Below are positions 14,101-20,112 of a stretch of DNA of 64,000 nucleotides, one piece after another. Numbering within the stretch: the first letter of the stretch is position 1; every line of letters starts with the position of its first letter. A program made the translations under genes and the position numbers. The notes under the pieces were generated by a model. It was not told where the DNA came from, ran no database searches, and saw nothing but the letters and a program-made list of their open reading frames with translations. This DNA is from Arenicellales bacterium (GTDB lineage: Bacteria > Pseudomonadota > Gammaproteobacteria > Arenicellales > JAJDZL01), in contig OZ241380.1 in assembly GCA_965200765.1 (NCBI GenBank), forward strand, positions 2,706,417-2,770,416, written 5' to 3'.

Positions 14101-17100
14101 CACTCCCTTGCATCTGAATGGTGTTGAACCAATGCTGAAATGGCTGTAATTCGCCTGTCGAGTGCGATTGCCGATTGTCAGTGCCAGTTGCGGCGTGCCT
14201 GTAATTGTTACACTTCGATTGAACTTGATTGCAACAACAATCGGATGCTCCGAATTGACTGCATAGAAGTTGTTGGTGCCCGGCTGAGGAGTGGAGCAAA
14301 TCTCCAAAAACGATATTACCGGAGCATTGGTAGCTGCTACCGTGAGCCCGAAAGTCAACTCCGCTGAATCACCATCTGCATCTGTAGCAGTGTAAGTATA
14401 ACTTCGCCGGGCGGCGACTGCTGTGGGCGTGCCCAGGATTCTGCGACTTCGCGCATCAAAGCGTAGTCCGCCAGTCAGTGCAGGAGAAATACTATAGGTG
14501 ATTGCCCCGTCTCCTGTTGCCGTTGGCAATAAAACGGACACTGCGGTGTCAGCAGTGTAGTGCTGGTCACTGATTCGCGCCGATCCAAAACTCACGGGGT
14601 TATCTCGTACCACGTGAGATGCAGAGTTGCTGATTGCGTGGCTGCCCAGTCCCAGAACTGCATCTTCATTTTCACCATCCCGAATGGTTCCACCGTTCAG
14701 ACTGAGTGCATTTGAGGCGATGCCAATGCCGTTTCCATCAAAGTCGGACGACTGTACCGTATAACTGAAGCTCAATTTTTTACCGCTCAGTCCGGTATAG
14801 CTCGCCTGACGCGTATTGCTCCCGACCGTCAGTCCCAGTTGCGGACTTCCGGATACTGATACATCCTGGTCGAACAAAATGTCCACAGTAATTGCATTGC
14901 CCGCAATATAGCCTGCTGTGCCAGACGGAGCCGATGACGTAATCCTCGCACCACTCACCAGCGGCGGAGCAGACACCTTGTGGTTTGCCGCATTGGCAAT
15001 AGCCTGTATACCCAAACCTGCATTGTTTGCCCCGGTCAGGTCCTGAATACTGCCACCGTTCAGTTGCAACGCATCAGCAGCAATACTGATACCATCCGTA
15101 TCTTTATCGCTTGTCTGCACCGTATATCCGAATTCAACAACACTTCCATCATCTCCTACAGCTAATGCTTGTCTCGTATTGCTTCCAATGGCAAGCCCCA
15201 ATTGCGGATTGCCTGTCACTCTGACTGCCTCGCTGAAATCGACCTGCACTTTGATTTTTTCACCCGCTCGGTAAGTGTCGCCACTACGCGGACTGGAAGT
15301 AATAGATACTTGTTTGACAGTGGGTGCCTGGTCAACTTTGCCATCCACTTTGTGACTTGAGGCATTTGTAATGGCATGGCTGCCAAGACCAAGGTTTACT
15401 GTTGCATTGCCAACTTGGGCCACCAAGACCAGACTTGAGTCCTTGCCAAGGGCTTCCGCCACAATACTGATTCCATCCGAATCCAGATCATTCGAAGTTA
15501 CTGTGTATCGAAACAGGTGCCTGCCTGCGGTATTTTGATAGGTGGCATTACGATTACTGCTCCCGATACCAAGAGCCAAATTCATACTGCCAGTACCGCC
15601 GATTTTAATCGGTTTGTGAAACATTACCTCGACAGTGATTGTTTCACCCACACCATAGGTGTCGCTACTCTGCGGGGTACTGATAATCGCAACGTCCGAC
15701 ACAGACACAGGAGGATTTACACCTCCATCCACCTTGTGACCCGATTGATTGCCGAGTGCATGGCTACCAAGATCGAGATTCGCATTAATGCCGTTTGTGC
15801 CCCTTATCGTTGAGCTATTCAGTACTAGCGCATTGGTTGCGATAGCAATGCCGTCGCTATCCCGGTCGGTTGCCTGCACGATGTACTGAAACGTCAGTTT
15901 GCGTCCATCACTTGACAGTTTCTTGAATTTTGCCCCGCGCTTTTCTGTACCGATAACCAACCCCAGCTGAGGCAATCCTGTGACTGACAGCGCCTGATTA
16001 AATGTAAGGTCCACCGTAATCAGCTCGCCGACACCGTAGGTGCTGTTGCTGTACGGCGTACTGGTGATAACGGCATCGCTGACTGTAGGCGCCGCCACGA
16101 TTTCCAGACTAAGGTCAAGTGTGGCCTGATCGCCATCCGCATCGGTGGCGGTCAGCGTATAAGTGGACTTTTGCACTGCGACCTGAGAATTGCCTGCGAT
16201 GGTACCGCCATGTGCAGCATCAGCGGCAGGTGCTGTATAACTGATTCCACTCGGCAAGGTTAAGGTCGCAACGGCCCCCGGTCCGGTCAGAGAATAACCA
16301 AGTGTACCGTCTCCACCGGTTGCAGCAGGTAAATTGAAACTGAATGATTTACCCGTAGCGTAGCGAAGTTCAGGTGCTGAAGAATTTGTAAACGACGGAC
16401 TGAGGTCGCCATTCACTTTGTGGCTCGCATCATTGACAACGGCGTGGCTACCGAGATTCAATTGAGCATTGATTCCGTCGGCATCTTGTATGGTACCACC
16501 GTTCAAAGTGAGTGCAGTCGCGGCGATACTGATGCCATCATTGTCCAGGTCTGCCGAAACTATCCTGTAACTGAAATTCAATCCTTTATTGCCATTGGAC
16601 CGACGGGTGTAGCTTGCCTGCCGCGTTTGTCCCCCGATTGCAAGTGCCAGTTGTGGCGTGCCGGTTATTGTCAAAACCTCGTCGTAGACAACACTTACTA
16701 TGACGTTTTCGTTTGGTCCGTAGGTATCGCCGCTTGCCGGTGCAGAAACAAACGTTACCAGTTGCGGTACAGTGATTCCTCCAGCAACCTTGTGGCTGGC
16801 ATCATTGTTGACTGCATAGCTGTCCAAGTCCAGATTTGCAGCGACAGCTCCGGTACCGCTCCCCTGAATTGTGGCACCATTCAGGGTCAAGGCAGACTTT
16901 GCAATGCTGATACCGTTGTCATCACGGTCTGTGTTCACTACGGTGTAGCTGAAGTTCAGCGTATTGCCGTTGCTCAGACTGCTGTAAGCCGCTTGACGGG
17001 TGGCTGACCCTATGTCAAGCGCCAATCTTGGCGAGCCGGTAACCGAGAGGTTCGAATTGAATTTTACGGCTACATTAACACTTTCACCGGCACCGTATGT

Positions 17101-19155
17101 GTTATCAGAGTTCGGAGTCGAAGTGAAGCTGACTTCGGTTACTTCTGGCACTGGCTGGTATATCGCCACGGTAAAATCGACGGAATCGAAATCACCGTCC
17201 CAGTCGGTTGCAATGAGCCGGTAACTGGTTGGATCCGGTGACACTGAATCCGGCATACCAGTGATCACTGCGGTAGAACTATTGAGAGTCAATCCCGAAG
17301 GAAGCGATGGCGAAACCGAGTACGCCAGCGGCGCATTGCCTCCCGTAGCTGTGGGCAGGCTGACGTTAGCCGCACTACCGGTGTCCAGAACCAAAGCGGT
17401 GGTCGTTGCTTCGCCAAAATCGGGTGCTATATCAGTTTCTGCACTCACCGCAAACGACAACTCGGCCTTGTCGCCATCACGGTCCGTTGCAACAAGCTTG
17501 TAATTGGTAGAGCTTGTTACGCTGGTGGGTGAGCCGGTAATTGAGCCACCATTCGCCGTACTGGTCGGTGCAGTGTACATCAACCCGTCGGGCAGGGTCG
17601 ATGGAGACAGTGCGTAACCAACCGGAACATCGCCGCTAGTAGCCGCGGGCAACGTCAAGTTGACTTGCTGACCGACCAGATAACGCTGAGTACTCACCGC
17701 GCCCGCCTGAAAAGATGGCCACAAGTCGTTAACCCGAAGGGAATTTCTATTTGAAAAGGAATTCAGGACATGTGCATCAAGGTCCGTGATCGCCGGTATA
17801 TTTGTTCCGCCTATCAAGCTCCAAATGCCTCCTAGCCCACCATCTTCAAAAAAGAAGCGAAATGGATTCCGCGGTATTGATATTCCGTTACCATCCCAGT
17901 CAATCGACTGCACTGTGTATTCAAACTGCATCTCTCTAGGCATAGCATCTTCACTTGATGGACTCGCTGACATCCAACGCCATTGGTCACCTATTTTGAT
18001 TCTGAATCGAATTCCAGCTTCATTAATCCTGAGAGGTTGATTGAACGTAAGTAACAGATGAATTTTGTCTCCCGTTACAAAGTTTCCATTTCGGGGGGCG
18101 CTACCACTTTCGTTCGTAATGCTGATACTGGTAACCGTTGCAGCGGATGCCACTTCAATGGATACAGTCAAAGTAGTGCTGTCTCCATCAGTATCAGTGG
18201 CAGTCAAGGTATAGTTCGTTGCCCCTCTGTTATTGGTGGGAGTACCGGTTATCGTCCCACCATGTGCGTCGGTTGCACCAGGTGCTGTGTAAACCAATCC
18301 CCGGGGTAGCGAAGCCATTGCATAGGTGAGTGCGCCATCACCGCCAGTAGCCGAAGGAAGAGTAACTGTGTTGATGCTTCGATTCCGTGCGAAACGCATA
18401 GGCGATACTGATTTTGAAAAACGAGGCATAGAATCCGCAGTTGTCAATGGGGTAGCAGTTGTGGTCGCGAATACACCACTACCGGTAACATTGACTGCCC
18501 GCAATCGAAATGTATACATTTTGTTATTGACCAGATTGGAAAGGGTATGTCCGACCGTATTTGCCCCGCTATTTTCAATCTTCGTCCAAGCTGTGAAACT
18601 CCCCCTGGCACCCTGTCGATAGCTAAGTTCGTAATGTGTAATGGAAGTATTCTTTGGGTCGGTCCAACTCAGAGTTGCCCGACCATTACCAGGTGTTGCT
18701 GAAAATCCGGTCGGTGCTGAAGCTAGCGCCGGATTCACCGTGAGGTAGAAATTGACAACAGCACTGTCGCCGTCTGCATCCCGCACGATTAATGTATAAA
18801 TGGACTTGAATGCCATTTCGGTAGGAGTGCCAGAAATCATACCGCCGCTTTGTGAATCGGCAGGAGCGGTGTACCTCAATCCGTCCGGCAAAGTCAGCGC
18901 TACCGTCGTCAATCCCGGTCCCGACAATGTATATGTTAATGGACTATTTCCGCCAAAGGCCGCAGGCAGAGCAATCGCAGTTGAGAGCTGCATATTTTGT
19001 GTAGTAACGTAGGAAGGTGTCGAAATGTTCCCGAACGACGGTTCGGTGTCTTGACTATTTGAAGATTGCGTAAACGCAAGCTGAGGTACGCACAGCATCA
19101 ATACTGCAAGTAACATCGCCACATGCGACAATCTCCATGTCAGCACTCGACTCAT
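1..19155 (-). CDS. Giant secreted repeat adhesin-like protein. The 5' end is complete and the 3' end runs off the left edge of the window (at least 6385 codons here).
   Basis: Minus-strand ATG at 19155-19153 is preceded by AGGA (aggaattgggATG). Hand translation starts MSRVLTWRLSHVAMLLAVLMLCVPQLAFTQSS. Codon phase is the same (19155 mod 3) at every point I spot-checked by translation: 18720, 15360, 13275, 8505 and 570. The ORF track omits it because there is no stop in the window. Translated content is He_PIG-like putative Ig domains (LP.ATGG..P.TY.L...LP.GL......ISGTPT...YT..ATD.DGD), one FN3, a ~125-aa module array, then Calx-beta units. Confidence 0.85.
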   Translation of the reverse strand, partial: MSRVLTWRLSHVAMLLAVLMLCVPQLAFTQSSNSQDTEPSFGNISTPSYVTTQNMQLSTAIALPAAFGGNSPLTYTLSGPGLTTVALTLPDGLRYTAPADSQSGGMISGTPTEMAFKSIYTLIVRDADGDSAVVNFYLTVNPALASAPTGFSATPGNGRATLSWTDPKNTSITHYELSYRQGARGSFTAWTKIENSGANTVGHTLSNLVNNKMYTFRLRAVNVTGSGVFATTTATPLTTADSMPRFSKSVSPMRFARNRSINTVTLPSATGGDGALTYAMASLPRGLVYTAPGATDAHGGTITGTPTNNRGATNYTLTATDTDGDSTTLTVSIEVASAATVTSISITNESGSAPRNGNFVTGDKIHLLLTFNQPLRINEAGIRFRIKIGDQWRWMSASPSSEDAMPREMQFEYTVQSIDWDGNGISIPRNPFRFFFEDGGLGGIWSLIGGTNIPAITDLDAHVLNSFSNRNSLRVNDLWPSFQAGAVSTQRYLVGQQVNLTLPAATSGDVPVGYALSPSTLPDGLMYTAPTSTANGGSITGSPTSVTSSTNYKLVATDRDGDKAELSFAVSAETDIAPDFGEATTTALVLDTGSAANVSLPTATGGNAPLAYSVSPSLPSGLTLNSSTAVITGMPDSVSPDPTSYRLIATDWDGDFDSVDFTVAIYQPVPEVTEVSFTSTPNSDNTYGAGESVNVAVKFNSNLSVTGSPRLALDIGSATRQAAYSSLSNGNTLNFSYTVVNTDRDDNGISIAKSALTLNGATIQGSGTGAVAANLDLDSYAVNNDASHKVAGGITVPQLVTFVSAPASGDTYGPNENVIVSVVYDEVLTITGTPQLALAIGGQTRQASYTRRSNGNKGLNFSYRIVSADLDNDGISIAATALTLNGGTIQDADGINAQLNLGSHAVVNDASHKVNGDLSPSFTNSSAPELRYATGKSFSFNLPAATGGDGTLGYSLTGPGAVATLTLPSGISYTAPAADAAHGGTIAGNSQVAVQKSTYTLTATDADGDQATLDLSLEIVAAPTVSDAVITSTPYSNSTYGVGELITVDLTFNQALSVTGLPQLGLVIGTEKRGAKFKKLSSDGRKLTFQYIVQATDRDSDGIAIATNALVLNSSTIRGTNGINANLDLGSHALGNQSGHKVDGGVNPPVSVSDVAIISTPQSSDTYGVGETITVEVMFHKPIKIGGTGSMNLALGIGSSNRNATYQNTAGRHLFRYTVTSNDLDSDGISIVAEALGKDSSLVLVAQVGNATVNLGLGSHAITNASSHKVDGKVDQAPTVKQVSITSSPRSGDTYRAGEKIKVQVDFSEAVRVTGNPQLGLAIGSNTRQALAVGDDGSVVEFGYTVQTSDKDTDGISIAADALQLNGGSIQDLTGANNAGLGIQAIANAANHKVSAPPLVSGARITSSAPSGTAGYIAGNAITVDILFDQDVSVSGSPQLGLTVGSNTRQASYTGLSGKKLSFSYTVQSSDFDGNGIGIASNALSLNGGTIRDGENEDAVLGLGSHAISNSASHVVRDNPVSFGSARISDQHYTADTAVSVLLPTATGDGAITYSISPALTGGLRFDARSRRILGTPTAVAARRSYTYTATDADGDSAELTFGLTVAATNAPVISFLEICSTPQPGTNNFYAVNSEHPIVVAIKFNRSVTITGTPQLALTIGNRTRQANYSHFSIGSTPFRCKGVSTNHIFKYSVQASDLDTDGLSILPGALTLNGGSIVDFNNSNVAASLDIGRFAITNDPNHKVNGSADIIPVVRTVSISSSPASGDTYKAGETIRALIRFTSGMDGLTLSGSGTPQLALTIGNNSRVVSGVSSASSGPTGNTQFHFSYTVQNSDYDNNGISIAANALSLPSGVTLRNGNVNAALSLGNLALANQAGHKVSAPPKVSAVGISSTPVQANTYTRTGSIRAKVEFDQAITVSGTPQLAIAVGDNTRQANYNPMSAQIATDLGETAGRVLYFDYTVQANDTDSNGISIAANALSLNGGSIRDAEGEDAVLTLGSHILTNLGTAKVDGSKTGAWPEFSSATGPDLRLTVGTEVSTTLPTSPVGDAPLIYTVSPSLPQGLIFNGSTAAITGTPTLETHVRTHTLTVTDYNGDTDTLTFTTGVTGNRPLVSGVTLLSTPTSGDTYGVGEEIIVRVNFSSPLTPVMKVIGSPQLALKVGTRTRQAVFYITDRNDVQFRYTVRSEDRDTNGISIERGALTLNGGLIRDQNANNALLVLGHHTLSNQSGHKVDGSVSNAPSVTGISVVSSPATGDTYKRGEEIELKLTFSQAVSVTGTPSVGMLIGSTTRQATYVGAGVSPRIHYFRYRVQQSDVDGNGFYSKQNALTVPSGAHIRNFGGMNATAGVLTTSTLLQTYKINGGQVSVPFVQGIEITSVPARGNTYKNGEKIEVRVQISRPVTVSGSPSLAIGIGSLTRYAFYKSTTREQKSRGLTDSHSYYLNFSYTVQDRDYDTDGITINYAGTVNPLGLNGGRISGTDDNTAADLAISHGHSGVLASHGFTNHSSHKVNGRIPKITNTIIRGIPRNLTRCNHPTLPRSTNPYCDQNGRRGPYGYVEGEIITVQVTFSEPVTFSRVARLAINLESGTVYTDSWSSSNNGSVYAFTYTVAAGDYDTNGLSVATNALTASNGGSLTGYVHSRATGNAAHLTLSSAINNSLLHKVLRTPSTAARIRSISFPNSAVTYLPFANSTYDAGEYIYPLVIFDKPVSVTGNPQLSISIGNQTRKATYVPSSIKTWLRFQYLVQPSDRDDNGVSIPANAVSLNGGSITTTSNSLAANLSSTRVADDSRRKVNGALNGAPKVNYVQMLFNPAVGNTYGLGEEVYVRVGFHKQISVSGSPQLQLALASGSVQASHHATRGDNIVFKYRVQTGDRALNGLSIRSNALSLNGGTIRSRSGVDANLALGSNAMSNNGDHRIDGRVKYVPTFGSAVISAKNYTKFVNVSDTLPAAEGGRGNLSYALTGPGTATNLTLPAGLSFNRLTRVISGTPRADAPQQTYKLTVTDGHRRTESLDFLLAVVDLTPTFGDSTIANQSWTQREQITSFSLPTVTGGDGTITYTLSPNLPSGVVYNETTHEVSGTPSVALPSTSYTWTATDADGDKAELTFSIEVDGIPTFGSGTIDDRSWDQLSEITSFTLPTVTGGNGTITYALNPALPAGVIRDQTTHTVSGTPSVSMDSTSYTWVATDADGDKAELSFAIVVTEAPYLSISSPSVTEGNDGNEALDFTVTLNKSSSHIITVAYTDSGTGTATSGTDYTGTDGGTLTFAAGETSKSISLEVIGDIDVESHETVVLKLGEATRAHIATGTGTGTILNDDGTPMISINSPSVAEGDTGTKSMQFTVSLSAVSSQQVSVSYADAGTGTATSGEDYSEISGGVLTFGANASSKTFNVEIIGDETEESHETVVVALSNASNATIQTATGTGTIRNDDGIPILSINSPSIAEGDSGTKTLSFTVTMDSASDQEVSVEYGLVDGGTATLGTDYTASSTGTLTIRVGDTTGTIDVTVRGDTLDEANETIRIQLAEPANAMLETGKSTGTGTITDDDDAPTISISSPSVSEGESDAKLIFEVVLSVASGRQVTVSYEDAGTGTAISGTDYTAVTSGKLTFTAGETNKLLNVSVLADTVDEPDESVDLKISSPSNATLGTSTGTGTITDDDDAPTVTLSLADSSISENGGTTAVKATLSHASSEATTITVTAVAGAYTVDEDATITIVAGDTSNSEDTVAITAVDNTKDETDRTATVTATAQNTQGIGTVTGASLTLADDDNAPTVTLTLADSSISENGGTTTVSAILSHASSAATTVTVTAVSGFYTVGDDATITIAAGATSNSADTVAIATVDNTKDESDRTATVTGTAQNTQGIGTVTGATLTLEDDDDAPTVTLSLADSSISENGGTTTVTATLSHASSAATTITVTAVSGFYTAGDDATITIAAGDTSNSTDTAAIAAVDNTKDESDRTATVTATAQNTQGIGTVTGATLTLEDDDDAPTVTLTLADSSISENGGTTTVSATLSHASSVATTITVTAVSGFYTVGDDATITIAAGETTNSSDTATINSVDNTKDAADRTATVTATAQNTQGIGAVTGASLTLEDDDAAPTVTLTLADNSISENGGTTTVTATLSHASSAATTITVTAVSGAYTVGDDATITIAAGETSNSTDTAAINAVDNTKDEADRTATVTATAQNTQGIGAVTGASLTLEDDDDAPTVTLTLADSSISENGGSTTVSATLSHASSATTTITVTAVSGAYTAGTDKTITFAAGETSNSSDTATINAVDNTKDEADRTATVTATAQNTQGIGTVTGATLTLEDDDDAPTVTLALVDSSISENGGTTTVSATLSHASSAATTITVTAVSGAYTAGTDKTITIAAGETSNNSDTATINAVDNTKDEANRSATVTATAQNTQGIGAVTGASLTLEDDDDAPTVTLTLADNSISENGGSTTVTATLSHASSAATTITVTAVAGAYTVGDDATITIAAGETSNNSDTATINAVDNTKDESDRTATVTATAQNSQGIGAVTGASLTLEDNDDAPTVTLALVDSSISENGGTTTVTATLSHASSATTTITVTAVSGAYTVGADKTISIAAGETSNSADTVAITAVDNTKDEANRSATVTATAQNSQGIGAVTGASLTLEDDDDAPTVTLSLADNSISENGGSTTVTATLSHASSAATTITVTAVAGAYTVGDDATITIAAGETSNSTDTAAIAAVDNTKDESDRTATVTATAQNTQGIGTVTGASLTLEDDDDAPTVTLSLADSSISENSGTTTVSATLSHASSADTTITVTAVAGAYTVGGDATITIAAGETSNNSDTATINAVDNTKDESDRVATVTATAQNSQGIGSVTGPSLTLEDDDAAPTVSISSPSVAEGDSSTARLRFVVSLSAASGRTVTVNYAEDAGGTATSGTDYTALSSGSLTFNAGDTSKNIDVSVAGDTLDEDDETVKVALSSPGNATLGTATGTGTITDDDDAPTVTLTLADNSISENGGTTTVSATLSHASSESTTITLTAVSGAYTVGSDKTISIAAGSTSNSSDTATINAVDNTRDEANRSVTVTATAQNSQGIGAVTGASLTLEDDDDAPTVTLTLADNSISENGGTTTVTATLSHASNESTTITVTAVSVAYTVGADKTILIAAGSTTNSGDTATINAVDNAKDEPNRSATVTATAQNSQGIGAVTGASLTLEDNDAAPTVTLTLADSSISENGGTTTVSATLSHASSESTTIMVTAVAGAYTVGADKTITIAAGSTTNSGDTATINAVDNAKDEPNRSATVTATAQNTQGIGTVTGASLTLEDDDAAPTVSISSPSVAEGDSSTARLRFVVSLSAASGRTVTVNYAEGAGGTAASGTDYTALSSGTLTFNAGDTSKNIDVSVTGDTLDEDDETVKVALSSPGNATLGTSTGTGTITDDDGTPTVTLMLADSSISENGGTTTVSATLSHASSAATTITLTAVSGAYTVGADKTILIAAGSTSNNSDTATINAVNNTRDEPNRTATVTGTAQNTQGIGAVTGASLTLQDDDDAPTVTLTVADSSISENGGTTTVSATLSHASSAATTITVTAVSGAYTVGADKTITIAAGETSNNSDTATINAVDNTRDEASRSVTVTATAQNTQGIGAVTGASLTLQDDDDAPTVTLTLADSSISESGGTTTVSATLSHASSAATTITLTAVSGFYTVGSDKTITIAAGETSNNSDTATINAVDNTRDEASRSVTVTATAQNTQGIGAVTGASLTLQDSDDAPTVTLTLADSSISENGGTTTVSATLSHASSAATTITLTAVSGFYTVGSDKTITIAAGETSNSSDTATINAVDNTRDEANRRATVTATAQNTQGIGAVTGASLTLEDDDNAPTVTLTLADNSISENGGTTTVSATLSHTSSAATTITLTAVSGAYTVGADKTILIAAGSTSNNSDTATINAVNNTRDEPNRTATVTGTAQNTQGIGAVTGASLTLEDDDDAPTVTLTVVDSSISENGGTTTVSATLSHASSAATTITVTAVSGAYTVGADKTITIAAGETSNNSDTATINAVDNTRDEASRSVTVTATAQNTQGIGAVTGASLTLQDDDDAPTVTLTLADSSISESGGTTTVSATLSHASSAATTITLTAVSGFYTVGSDKTITIAAGETSNNSDTATINAVDNTRDEASRSVTVTATAQNTQGIGAVTGASLTLQDNDDAPTVTLTLADSSISENGGTTTVSATLSHASSASTTITVTAVSGAYTVGTDKTITIAAGETSNNSDTATINAVDNTRDEASRSVTVTATAQNTQGIGAVTGASLTLEDDDNAPTVTLTLADNSISENGGTTTVSATLSHASSAATTITLTAISGAYTVGADKTILIAAGSTSNNSDTATINAVNN
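8190..9540 (-). repeat. Four divergent canonical Calx-beta domains
   Basis: Minus-strand translation gives units of the form SISSPSV.EG.SG.K...F.V.LS..S...V.V.Y....GTA..G.DY....G.LTF.AGETSK...V.V..D...E..E.V.V.L......A.....TGTGTI.DDD. The codon phase of TGTGTITDDDDAP was checked at 8505-8540. Confidence 0.7.
10060..17170 (-). repeat. Array of about 18 divergent copies of a ~125-aa (~375-bp) module, interrupted by He_PIG-like domains at about 14340-14600 and 16090-16400
   Basis: Hand translation of 15360-14980 gives SSHKVDGKVDQAPTVKQVSITSSPRSGDTYRAGEKIKVQVDFSEAVRVTGNPQLGLAIGSNTRQALAVGDDGSVVEFGYTVQTSDKDTDGISIAADALQLNGGSIQDLTGANNAGLGIQA. The same pattern recurs (ITS.P..GDTY..GE.I.V.V.F...V.VTG.PQL.L.IGS.TR.A.Y....L.F.YTVQ..D.D.DGISI...L.LNGG.I.D...A.L...HKV). 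The HKV-coding caccttgtg/cactttgtg motif is seen at about 12450, 13510, 13920, 14975, 15345, 15735, 16415 and 16790. Confidence 0.7.
18448..18720 (-). other. Fibronectin type III domain within the giant protein
   Basis: Translation reads SAPTGFSATPGNGRATLSWTDPKNTSITHYELSYRQGARGSFTAWTKIENSGANTVGHTLSNLVNNKMYTFRLRAVNVTGSG. This is the classic FN3 pattern (LSW, Y.L.YR, Y.FRLRAVN..G.G). Confidence 0.75.
19066..19155 (-). other. Sec-type signal peptide of the giant protein (about aa 1-30)
   Basis: The N-terminus is basic (R3, R8), followed by the hydrophobic core VAMLLAVLMLCV, then PQLAFT/QS. The cleavage position is a guess. Confidence 0.6.
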
Positions 19156-19508
19156 CCCAATTCCTATGACAACTGTTTACCCTTACCGGAAAAAATTTTG
19201 CATGTTAGATCTTTCCGCTTGCTCTCCAATCGGAAAGCAAGAATTTGACTAACTCTCAACTCCTTTCCAAACTGTTTTCAGACTCTTTACCTTGTTAATT
19301 TTTTCAGCTGTGTCAGCATCTCTCACTTTGTTTGTCAACAAGCGATGAAGCAAAGACTCAGCGAAGTTAACGAAATTCAAACACCCCCACGGAATCCGCG
19401 CGAACGGACCCTGTGTTGATTCTTGATACTGTTTGGGACGGCTAGAGGGTCGGAGCTGTAGCGATTATCGTACTTGCCCAACCTCGCCCAAACATGCGGG
19501 AAACAGAA

Positions 19509-19841
19509 TTACTCTGTTTTTTTAAGGTAGTTGGTAGCCCCTCTACCACGAAATTTAGTTCTCTTTCTCAACGCGGCCAAGAAGTTAAATCTGAACTCGT
19601 GGTGACACAATCTTGCATCCCACCAGAAGATAAGAAATTCATTCCAAATTGCAGAGGCGGCCGCGCGCAAGCGCAAAAAATCAGCATGCACGCCCACTGT
19701 ACCAGTCATATACTGGTTTTGACCTGTTGATTCCCGACAATTCATCGCGAGGGGGGGGGGGGCAACAGAATCACGTTCGCGCCGAGCAATAAATGTATCA
19801 GCCAGTGCTTCACATTCCATGTCGTTAAATACTTCGTGCAT
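19509..19841 (-). CDS. Hypothetical 110-aa ORF that reads through the C12 tract (VAPPPLAM). Coding status is doubtful.
   Basis: Taken from the ORF track. It has an ATG with a weak GAGAAG upstream and no motif I recognise. Its frame depends on the length of the homopolymer. Confidence 0.2.
   Translation of the reverse strand: MHEVFNDMECEALADTFIARRERDSVAPPPLAMNCRESTGQNQYMTGTVGVHADFLRLRAAASAIWNEFLIFWWDARLCHHEFRFNFLAALRKRTKFRGRGATNYLKKTE
19751..19762. repeat. Homopolymeric G12 (C12 on the minus strand) tract about 600 bp upstream of the giant gene start
   Basis: Counted directly: ...tcgcga gggggggggggg caacag... This is the only long homopolymer I noticed in the window. Confidence 0.95.
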
Positions 19842-20112
19842 TTGAAAAACTTCTCTTGAATGGTTTCAACCTCAAGGTTTCTATGCCAACTCTTTGACGT
19901 TGAATAATATAGCACAATGGTTGGATGAAATTTACAAAAAATACAACTTGAATTCCCATTCCGCTGAATTGTCAAAATTCGTGAAGCCAAGATACGGTTG
20001 TACCAAGCGAATTCTCGGCTCTGACAAACACAAAATCTGAGCTCGCATACACAGGAAACTGTTGCAAAAAAGCGACAGCAGTAAAGGAATTACCAGAAGG
20101 TGGGGCGCAACC

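Noticed and set aside
9587-19012. Short ORFs on both strands across 9.6-19 kb in the track (for example 16420..17007 at 195 aa, 13378..13734, 13203..13535)
   Set aside because: All overlap the giant minus-strand frame in other phases and have implausible composition. They are shadow ORFs.
19501-19523. Hairpin AACAGA-attac-TCTGTT followed by TTTTT on the plus strand, resembling an intrinsic terminator
   Set aside because: There is no plus-strand gene upstream to terminate. The stem is only 6 bp and AT-rich. On the minus strand the A-run precedes the stem.
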